A stretch of DNA of 64,000 bases from Thalassobaculaceae bacterium (GTDB lineage: Bacteria > Pseudomonadota > Alphaproteobacteria > Thalassobaculales > Thalassobaculaceae). The notes under the pieces are model-generated. The model ran no database searches. It was not told the origin of the DNA and was given only the letters and a program-made list of their open reading frames with translations. Both the position numbers and the translations under genes were made by a program. The first letter of the stretch is position 1; each line of letters begins with the position of its first letter. The stretch lies in assembly GCA_965228875.1 (NCBI GenBank), contig OZ245843.1, forward strand, positions 2,090,616 through 2,154,615. Direction: 5' to 3'. Below are positions 38,342 to 45,706 of the stretch, piece after piece.

Positions 38342-38505
38342 TTAACTCACTCCAATTGAATTGAGTGTCGGACGTGGTGTTCGATAAGTATATATACAAG
38401 ATAAAAAGAGCCACCATTCGAGTCTATCGGTATAAGGCTTGGATTCCTACAGTTCTTAAGACTGTAGTCGGGCCTCTACCACTATGACTGCAGGAGAAAA
38501 ATTTG

Positions 38506-38676
38506 ATGAAGTGGACAATCAGGAACATCGAACCGGATGCAGTCGCCATGATCGCCGAGACGGCAGACACATCCGGTAGGTCGTATGGCGACCTCGTGAG
38601 CGAAGCGATTGCGTTTTGGTACGACACTCTGCCGTACGAGAACGATGAGGCTCAGGAGCCCCTCCAAGCCGCCTAG
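38506..38676 (+). CDS. 56-aa ribbon-helix-helix-like protein (below the ORF-track cutoff)
   Basis: AGGAG RBS; MKWTIRNIEPDAVAMIAETADTSGRSYGDLVSEAIAFW... has a strand-helix-GRS-helix pattern; divergent from rep. Confidence 0.7.
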   Translation: MKWTIRNIEPDAVAMIAETADTSGRSYGDLVSEAIAFWYDTLPYENDEAQEPLQAA

Positions 38677-39227
38677 AAGGCCATCCCTCGCGTGGACATC
38701 GATGAACACTCGCCGAGGTCGACAGTCCTCCCCAGCCACTGCGAGTGGAGCCTGGACCGCTTCGTCGAGAGGCTTTCGAAGTCCAGCGACTGCTCCTCGA
38801 ACACACCGCACTGGTGCCCGAGCGTGCTGTACTCGAACGACGTGGCGATGACCTTCTGTGGCCGTCCTCGACCCCAGGTCCGGAAGTGATCCCAGAACGA
38901 GCGGAACGCCTTCTTGTCCATCTTGGTGAGGTCGCCACGTAGTTCGGCATGAGCATCGCAGAATCGGATCAGCGTCGGCTCCCGTTCCTCCTCCGTGGCC
39001 GCGATCATCATCCAGGAGAGAATCAATCCGCACATCGCGATCTGACCCGGACGCGGTGCGATGGTGAACCGGTAGTCGCGGAGCCATGCCTCCTGGGCTG
39101 TCGCAATCGCCCAGGACGCTCGGTCGCCTTCGATCAACTGGAGGCGACCGAGGATCGAGAACGCCATCATACCGTCGTCGTTCGGATGTCCGCGTCCGAT
39201 CAGAATTTCCCCGGTGATCGTGCTCAA
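38673..39227 (-). CDS. Hypothetical protein
   Basis: GGGAGG RBS before TTG at 39227; begins STITGEILIGRGHPNDDG; family not recognised. Confidence 0.55.
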   Translation of the reverse strand: MSTITGEILIGRGHPNDDGMMAFSILGRLQLIEGDRASWAIATAQEAWLRDYRFTIAPRPGQIAMCGLILSWMMIAATEEEREPTLIRFCDAHAELRGDLTKMDKKAFRSFWDHFRTWGRGRPQKVIATSFEYSTLGHQCGVFEEQSLDFESLSTKRSRLHSQWLGRTVDLGECSSMSTRGMAF

Positions 39228-39255
39228 TCTCGCCTCCCTACAGTCATGAGAACTG

Positions 39256-39285
39256 AAAAGGGGTGACGCCACGCGGCATCACCCC
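39256..39285 (-). terminator. Rho-independent terminator after the hydrolase gene
   Basis: Minus strand GGGGTGATGCC-GCGT-GGCGTCACCCC-TTTT. Confidence 0.65.
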
Positions 39286-39334
39286 CTTCGGACGGACGAC
39301 GAAGCACCGTTGCCGGTGCCCGCCATGGTCAGTG

Positions 39335-40411
39335 TCAGGACCCGAGATGGGTGGCGAAGAACTCGACCGTACGGGTCAGGCCATCCGTCGCCGCATGCCC
39401 GTTGCGACCGATGTGAGTCCCACGCTTGCCGCAGCCCTTCACCATCGAGCCGACGAACTCGGTCCAGGACTTGCCGACCGAGACGTACTCACCGGCCCGC
39501 TCCTCGCCATCGTCACCGATCACCTGCTGTGGGCAGTCGTTGAACTGCCATGCCTGTTCGTACCACCAGACATCCCGGTCGCTGATGAAGCCGTGACGGG
39601 CACCCTCGTACTTCACGATCTCGACCGAGGCTCCGTGGTTCCGCATACCCTCGGCGTTGATGTCGCAGAAGGCGGGATCGGTGTAGTCGTCGGCGGCACC
39701 GACCAGCATCAGCACCGGAGCACCGGTCGCCACGTGGTTCTCGAACTTCGACCCGCACCCCGGATAGATCGGCACGTGTGCGGCGAATCTCGGCCCACCC
39801 GGCAGCACCTTCGACACCAAGGCTTCGTTCGCCGTCAGGTTCGACACCGTGCCGCCGAACGAGAACCCGGTGACGCCGATCTTCGCCGGGTCGACATCCG
39901 GACGCTTCGCGAGGGCATCGAGAGCCATCAGAGCATCGACGACACGCGAGGCACGAGAAAGCTGGCCCTGGTTGCGGGTGGTCTCGCTGATCCCCCGACC
40001 GGAGTAGCTGTCGGCGAAGAAGCTGCCGATACCCTTGGCGAGGAGAGCGTCGCGGAGATCGTCCTTCCAGGGCTGGTAGTTCGGGTGGTCCGGCTGGCCC
40101 GAACCATGCTGCACCACTACGACCGGATGACGACCTTCGGTCTTCGGAAGGTAGAGGGTGCCGGACAGCGTGTGAGAGGTCTTCTTCCAGGTGCCCTGGT
40201 ACACGTCCCGCATGAAGTCCATGTCGTAGCCGACATACGAGACATCGGTCTTCGTGTACGGCAGCTCAACCTTCGCGGTCTGCTCGGTCGCGACCGACGT
40301 CGACGACGCGGTCGTTCCGCTGGTACCGGTCGTTTGACATCCGACCAACGCCAGCATTCCGGCGATGACGACGCCCGCCCCCAATCTCGATCTCAACGAT
40401 ACTCCGTTCAT
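39335..40411 (-). CDS. Dienelactone hydrolase-family alpha/beta hydrolase lipoprotein
   Basis: Lipobox LALVGC; HGSG, GFSFGG nucleophile elbow, GAADDYT, YEGARHGF. Confidence 0.85.
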   Translation of the reverse strand: MNGVSLRSRLGAGVVIAGMLALVGCQTTGTSGTTASSTSVATEQTAKVELPYTKTDVSYVGYDMDFMRDVYQGTWKKTSHTLSGTLYLPKTEGRHPVVVVQHGSGQPDHPNYQPWKDDLRDALLAKGIGSFFADSYSGRGISETTRNQGQLSRASRVVDALMALDALAKRPDVDPAKIGVTGFSFGGTVSNLTANEALVSKVLPGGPRFAAHVPIYPGCGSKFENHVATGAPVLMLVGAADDYTDPAFCDINAEGMRNHGASVEIVKYEGARHGFISDRDVWWYEQAWQFNDCPQQVIGDDGEERAGEYVSVGKSWTEFVGSMVKGCGKRGTHIGRNGHAATDGLTRTVEFFATHLGS

Positions 40412-40533
40412 GCATTTCCTCCTGTGGTCATGACGACTGTTCGGCCCCGCCGAAGCACCCTAGCGAAGCCGGTTTGGTTGGTGATGGAAGGGAAGGACCG
40501 GCACCGGGACGACGCCGTGAATTAGAAGGAAAC

Positions 40534-40806
40534 TCAGCCTCCAGCCTGCTTACGAGGCAGGTACTTTCGGGGAACGCCGTCGACATAGCGATCCGGCCAC
40601 AGCGTCTCCGGCTTCTCGTCGAGGGCATCGGCGATGATGCGTTCCATCTCCGGCCAGGAGACCCGCAACGCCCGAGCCGCAGAGTTCGCGTGATAGCCAT
40701 GGCGACGCGACAGCTCGGCCAGGGACAGGCCGCGACGCTGAAGCTCGCCTTTGATCCGGATGGCATCCCAAGCGGGGATATTTTGTTCGTTGCGAAGAAC
40801 GTTCAT
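40534..40806 (-). CDS. Ner/Nlp-family DNA-binding protein
   Basis: IKGELQRRGLSLAELSR..G...AL..SWP..ERIIADAL...PETLWPDRY. Confidence 0.88.
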   Translation of the reverse strand: MNVLRNEQNIPAWDAIRIKGELQRRGLSLAELSRRHGYHANSAARALRVSWPEMERIIADALDEKPETLWPDRYVDGVPRKYLPRKQAGG

Positions 40807-40900
40807 TCGTGTATGATCCCCGCTATTGAAGAAACTGCGATCTTGTACACGATAGATCGTATTTATGTCCAGTCTTTAGGGTTGGGCGGAGTGTGTCCGC

Positions 40901-41554
40901 ATGCAGGGCCTGGCTGAGAGGCTGAGGGAAGCGAGGCACAGATTGGGTCTCACCCAGGCCGATCTCGCCGAGCGTCTCGGAATCCCCTACCGCACACTTC
41001 AGGACGGCGAGCGTGGGCTGTCATTGCCAGGAGCCAAAATCCTGGAGGCGTATGCACGGGAGAACGTGGATATCAATTGGCTGCTGACCGGCATTGCGGT
41101 TCGCACCAACAGCGGTCGACCGAGCAGAACGGAAGCCCCGACGCTATTCGGCAGACCGTCCGTGCCGATCAAAGGCCGACGTTTTCGCATCCGCAGCCGG
41201 AGGCTGGTTCGCATCCCCCATATCGACCCGTTGGACCCGGATGGCTTCGATCCAAAGACCGCTGACAGCGTGCTGACCATCGATGCCTCGAGGCTCGTCG
41301 CCTACAACATCGACTATGCCCTGCTGGGCCGCGAGGATGCCGAACTCGCCACCACGACCGTGATCGACGAACGCATGAGCAATGGGCTCAAGAAGGGCAC
41401 TCTGGTGCTGTTCGATACGTCGATGCGAGGAGAGCTTCCGGGTGGGAGGCTTGTCGTCCACGAACGAGGATCGCTCACAGTTTCGACAAAGATCTTTGGA
41501 CGACAGGTTGAGGCAATCGCTGGACGGGTGGTCTACATATTCGGCCCCGACTGA
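40901..41554 (+). CDS. XRE-family HTH repressor with degenerate S24-like C-terminal domain
   Basis: ERLREAR..LGLTQADLAERLGI...ERG..P, DINWLLTG; C-terminal VIDERM..LKKGTLVLFD...IAGRVVY. Confidence 0.8.
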   Translation: MQGLAERLREARHRLGLTQADLAERLGIPYRTLQDGERGLSLPGAKILEAYARENVDINWLLTGIAVRTNSGRPSRTEAPTLFGRPSVPIKGRRFRIRSRRLVRIPHIDPLDPDGFDPKTADSVLTIDASRLVAYNIDYALLGREDAELATTTVIDERMSNGLKKGTLVLFDTSMRGELPGGRLVVHERGSLTVSTKIFGRQVEAIAGRVVYIFGPD

Positions 41555-41787
41555 AATCACCCCAGGACTGTTTATTTTTCTAATATATTCAATGCTTTAA
41601 ACATTGATTGGATTAACTATTCACAGCGGAAACCCAATTCCCTCTCGCAAAACGCCATAGCAGTAACATAATTTACAATCATAGAAGTTTCTTTTATTTT
41701 CAATATGTTAGTTGACTTTTCGGTTATGTGATGCCACCTTAGCGAGGGCTGAATGGCAGCCCAACTCAACTGAAAGGTACATACCCA

Positions 41788-42699
41788 ATGAATGTTACGA
41801 ACCCCTCGAATATCCAACCGACAACGGGCGTGAATCGCCCAGCCGCGTTTGCGGCTTCCGGTCCGACCCCGGCGTTGACGGTTAAGTCACGGAACACTCT
41901 CAGCACCAGAGAGAAATTTAGAGTTTCGTACTTCGTTGACCTGTTTAAGAACTTTCAGCCTGAATGTTTGGTTCACTACGCTGAAAGGACTGGATTAGAT
42001 TATCGATCTATTATGAAGAATAGCAAATTCACGCCGACGTATATTCGCACTCTTCTTAAGATTATCCAGAGATAAGATGAATATCCCTACTTAGAAAATA
42101 ATCTACCGCTTTCGGTAGAATACTTTGATGAGTACCTTGAGATCGATATCGCTTTCCGAAAATCGGAAAGTCCTATAATTGACTATAGCATAGCACCTGA
42201 GATGCTCCAGGCACTTCCAGACTATCTTCAATTGTCATTTCTCCACACAATATGGGGGTGCATGGATTGCGATCAGGATGAGTATTCTCCGATAATACTT
42301 GCGGCGACATTAAAGGCACTTCATTGCCGCCCCAGGGCGGAATCGCTGGTGGTTGCCAACTTCGGCGTTTCCGAAGCAGAAGCCATGTTCGACGCCGCAG
42401 CCGACGGTATCGAAGGCTTCTACCTGGATGGCGACACCGGGAGGTCTATCTTCGACGGTTGGGTTAGCCACCGAGTATATCGAGGTGGCAATTGCGATCC
42501 GGACGAACTAGCGACAGGCATGTCCTGGTCACTGTCCATCGAAGAAGCTCGTGGGTACTCCCGTCGAGGCATCCAGGGCGATGGTCCAGGTGTTGTGCTT
42601 GCAACGGATGCACCGAGAGAGGATGTGCTTGGCGTGTTCGACTGTGAGCATGAGGTGGTTCTGCGGCCACGTCGTCGGCCGTGGGAGATTGTAGAGTAA
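41788..42699 (+). pseudogene. ADP-ribosyltransferase-like ORF split by one in-frame TAA (42073-42075); 42202-42699 may be translated alone
   Basis: Track ORFs 41788-42075 and 42202-42699 share a frame and the gap is open. C-terminus has VYRG, GMSWS, EHEVVL. Confidence 0.55.
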
Positions 42700-42854
42700 G
42701 TCACCTGCTGAGACGCCGACCCATCGGACTCTCCACCTGGAGCGGCCAGCGTTAGCCTACTTCGCGTCGTCCCTTTTCACGAAGGGGCGACGCTCGGCGT
42801 CTTTGGTTTGCCAGTAGCCTTGCGTCTCGCGAAGCTTCGTCTGATCTGGCAGCC

Positions 42855-42993
42855 TTCGATCCCACGAAACCAGACAGCGTCCTCACCATCGATCCGCAGT
42901 AGCCAGTCGCCTACGACGTCGACTATAGCCACTCGGTCGAGAGACGTTGGAAATGACGCGGAAATCTCGACCACCACGGTGATCGACGAACGA
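42855..42993 (+). pseudogene. Decayed paralogous fragment of the XRE repressor C-terminal region
   Basis: FDPTKPDSVLTIDPQ*PVAYDVDY / DAEISTTTVIDER versus repressor FDPKTADSVLTIDASRLVAYNIDY / DAELATTTVIDER; has a stop and a frameshift. Confidence 0.8.
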
Positions 42994-43103
42994 TTCATCT
43001 CCGACGAACGCATCGTTCCCCGATTTTGTGTCTGTATCCCTGACGCTTCAGCCGCGTCGAATCGCTCACACAAGCAAATCCATACGTAACTATGTTGCGT
43101 CGA

Positions 43104-43127
43104 CTGTGTCACAGTTTATGACACAAT
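43104..43127. repeat. Tandem 12-mers, candidate integrase arm-type sites (right)
   Basis: CTGTGTCACAGT TTATGACACAAT; same motif as 21335-21358. Confidence 0.7.
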
Positions 43128-43169
43128 CGACTTCATCAACCCCGCCTGTCGGCGTTGATGAAGTCGATT
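43125..43169 (-). terminator. Long hairpin downstream of tRNA-Val, inside the island
   Basis: Perfect 16-bp inverted repeat AATCGACTTCATCAAC / GTTGATGAAGTCGATT. Confidence 0.55.
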
Positions 43170-43194
43170 TATTCATTCAATTCAGAGAGGTAAG

Positions 43195-43269
43195 TGGTGG
43201 GCACGGCTGGGATTGAACCAGCGACCCCTACGATGTCAACGTAGTGCTCTCCCGCTGAGCTACGCGCCC
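43195..43269 (-). tRNA. tRNA-Val (GAC)
   Basis: GGGCGCGTAGCTCAGCGGGAGAGCACTACGTTGACATCGTAGGGGTCGCTGGTTCAATCCCAGCCGTGCCCACCA folds as a cloverleaf; anticodon GAC; encoded CCA. Confidence 0.97.
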
Positions 43270-43507
43270 ACTCTGTCCGGAATGTCGGCCCCGGGCGGGG
43301 CCGGCCGGTGGCGGCACTGACGGGAACTCCGTGCCGCGAGCGGCAGGTCTTAATGCCGCCGCCCGGACTTGGCAACCCCATTCTGTCACCAAAACGACGG
43401 GCGGTTCGCGACCGTCCCGCCATCCCCGTCCGGGACACGGCGAACCGCCGCCGACCCGAGCCGCCTGAACCGGTGACAGGGCCAGCCGGTTGCTCTATCT
43501 CATAGCC

Positions 43508-44665
43508 ATGGACAAGGTCGCCGACAGCCTGCCCGACCCCACCGAGACCGGCGCGTCGACGGATCGTTCCTCTCGCGGCTCCACCGCCGCCCGGCTGCCC
43601 GGGACCGCCGCCGGCTCGGAGCCCGCCGCGCAAGCGACCCGGTCTCCGTCACCGACGGCGACCGCCCCGCAGAACCTCCAACCGACCGCCCAACAGACCA
43701 AGCGCCAGCCCGCCGGGCGCATCGCGGCAGGGGTGCAATCGGCGGGGGTCCAGTCGGCGGGGGTCCAGTCGGCGGGGGTCCAGTCGGCGGGAGCGGAGGC
43801 GGCGCCGGTGCGGGTACTGCGTCCGGTCCGCCAGAGCCTGCCGATCGTCGTCTCCTCGCCGCATTCCGGGCGGCACTATCCGGACGACCTGCTGGCCCGG
43901 ACCGGGCTCGACGAGCGCACGTTACGCTCCAGCGAGGACAGTTTCGTCGACGAGCTGTTCGCCGCCGTCCCCGAACTCGGCGCGCCCCTGGTCGCCGCCA
44001 CCTTCCCGCGGGTCTATGTGGACGCCAACCGCGAGCCCTACGAACTCGACCCGGCGATGTTCTCCGATCCGCTGCCGGCCTACGTGACAACCCGCAACGC
44101 CCGTATCGCCGCCGGGCTCGGCACCATCGCCCGGGTGGTGTCCAACGCGGTCCCCGTCTACGCCGGCAAGCTCTCGTTCGACGACGCGGTCCGCCGGATC
44201 GAGGGATACTGGCGGCCCTACCACGCGGCTCTGACGCAGGCGATCGAGGAGACCCGGGACCGGTTTGGATACTGCATCCTGGTCGATGCCCATTCCATGC
44301 CGTCCAACGTGCACACGGTCGGATCCGACGGCCGCAGCCAGCCGGTCGCCGACATCGTGCTCGGCGACTGCCACGGGACCAGCTGCTCCCCCGTGATGAC
44401 CAGCCGGGTCGAGCGCCTGCTCTCCCACCAGGGCTACCGGGTGCGGCGCAACCTGCCCTATGCCGGCGGCTACGTCACCCGGCACTACGGCCGTCCGGAG
44501 CTTGCGGTCCACGCCCTGCAGATCGAGGTCAAGCGCGGGCTCTACATGGACGAGCGCCGCCTGCAGCGCACCCCCGGCCTTGCCCGGGTGGCGGCCGACA
44601 TGCGCCGGGCCATCGCCGGCCTGGCGAGCTTCGACCCGCGCCGCCCCCTGGGCGACGCCGACTGA
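43508..44665 (+). CDS. N-formylglutamate amidohydrolase family protein
   Basis: SSPHSGR.YP, SEDSFVDELF, RVYVDANR, PYH, LVDAHSMP, DIVLGD, PYAGG, HALQIE. Start uncertain. Confidence 0.87.
   Translation: MDKVADSLPDPTETGASTDRSSRGSTAARLPGTAAGSEPAAQATRSPSPTATAPQNLQPTAQQTKRQPAGRIAAGVQSAGVQSAGVQSAGVQSAGAEAAPVRVLRPVRQSLPIVVSSPHSGRHYPDDLLARTGLDERTLRSSEDSFVDELFAAVPELGAPLVAATFPRVYVDANREPYELDPAMFSDPLPAYVTTRNARIAAGLGTIARVVSNAVPVYAGKLSFDDAVRRIEGYWRPYHAALTQAIEETRDRFGYCILVDAHSMPSNVHTVGSDGRSQPVADIVLGDCHGTSCSPVMTSRVERLLSHQGYRVRRNLPYAGGYVTRHYGRPELAVHALQIEVKRGLYMDERRLQRTPGLARVAADMRRAIAGLASFDPRRPLGDAD
43727..43786 (+). repeat. 15-bp tandem repeat x4 encoding AGVQS
   Basis: GCAGGGGTGCAATCG followed by (GCGGGGGTCCAGTCG)x3. 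Confidence 0.9.
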
Positions 44666-44697
44666 CGCCGCCGACTGGCGACGCCGAGCGACAAGCC

Positions 44698-44713
44698 TGG
44701 CACGCCGCTTGCT
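44698..44713 (+). promoter_or_regulatory. Sigma-54 promoter
   Basis: TGGCACG-CCGC-TTGCT, followed by AGGAGG RBS and ATG at 44739. Confidence 0.8.
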
Positions 44714-44738
44714 TCACCTCCGGCAAAGGAGGTCCGAC

Positions 44739-45578
44739 ATGCCGCTTGTCCGTTTTCTGCCGATCCTCGCCGCCCTCACCGCGCTGTACGTGCTGCCGGC
44801 GGCGGCCGCTCCCGCCGCGCCGGTGACGCCCCAGGCCCATGGACTCTGCGTCCAGGCGGCCCGCCAGGCGGAGATCGACCATCACCTTCCGCCGCACCTG
44901 CTCGCGGCGATCTCCCTGGCGGAGACCGGACGCTGGAGTTCCGAGCACAAGGCAAGCTTTGCCTGGCCGTGGACGGTGATGGCCGAGGGTATAGGGCGGT
45001 ACCTGCCGAGCAAGGCGGCGGCGATCGCCGAGGTCGAGCGGTTGCAGGACCGTGGCATCACCAACATCGATGTCGGCTGCCAGCAGATCAATCTGTACTA
45101 TCACGGCGAGGCTTTCCGCAGTCTGGAGGAGGCGTTCGACCCGACGGCCAATGCCGAGTACGCGGCCGCCTTCCTCGCCGACCTGAACCGCACCGCGCGC
45201 TCCTGGGACAAGGCGGTCGCCCAGTACCACTCCCGCGACGAGGACCGCGGCGCCAGCTACCGCAAGAAGGTCTACGACCTGTGGTACGGCCAGCGCGACC
45301 ACCTGGTGGCCAGCGCATCCGGCAGCCGCTTCGTTCACACCGCCCTTTCCCGCCAGCGGCAGGCCGAGCGCGCGGCGGTCGAGGAGAGCCGCCGCACCGC
45401 CGCCGAACTGCAGCGGGTGCGAAGCGCCGCCCGCGCCGCCAACATCGCGTTCCTGAAACGTCAGGCGGCGATCACCGAGGCGCGGCAGATGGCCCAGTTC
45501 GAATCCCGCAAGGCGGCCGCCCTGGCGGCGTATCGCGAGATGAAGGCCAAGCGCGAGGCGGCCAGACAAGGGGGATGA
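44739..45578 (+). CDS. Lytic transglycosylase (SLT domain) protein
   Basis: Signal peptide; LLAAISLAETG, WPWT, IDVGCQQIN..YH, AFDP.AN..YAA, AV..YHS. Confidence 0.85.
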   Translation: MPLVRFLPILAALTALYVLPAAAAPAAPVTPQAHGLCVQAARQAEIDHHLPPHLLAAISLAETGRWSSEHKASFAWPWTVMAEGIGRYLPSKAAAIAEVERLQDRGITNIDVGCQQINLYYHGEAFRSLEEAFDPTANAEYAAAFLADLNRTARSWDKAVAQYHSRDEDRGASYRKKVYDLWYGQRDHLVASASGSRFVHTALSRQRQAERAAVEESRRTAAELQRVRSAARAANIAFLKRQAAITEARQMAQFESRKAAALAAYREMKAKREAARQGG

Positions 45579-45706
45579 TCGAGCCGGGCCACGCCGCAGG
45601 CTCCGGTGCACAGGACTTGATGCACAGGAGCAGACGCACAGGAGTTGGCACAGACAATCCGGCGCAGACAATCCGGCGTAACTGCGGGCCGCGACCCGCT
45701 GCCGCC

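Larger units (their letters stand above)
21146..43239. mobile_element. Genomic island (~22 kb) integrated at tRNA-Val(GAC)
   Basis: 45-bp direct repeats at both ends, adjacent tyrosine integrase, AT-richer patches, defence and replication cargo. Confidence 0.93.

Noticed and set aside
32006..42075. Shared stop-codon recoding in the island
   Set aside because: The two internal stops differ (TGA and TAA), neighbouring genes use both as normal stops, and no SECIS-like hairpin is evident.
41246..42993. DGR template/variable repeat pair
   Set aside because: Differences are not adenine-specific, include indels and many synonymous changes, and no reverse transcriptase is present in the window.
21146..43239. 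Island as a prophage or ICE
   Set aside because: No recognisable terminase, capsid, tail, lysis, T4SS or coupling-protein genes.
43727..43786. CRISPR array
   Set aside because: 15-bp units without spacers, in frame within a CDS, no cas genes; no array seen anywhere in the window.
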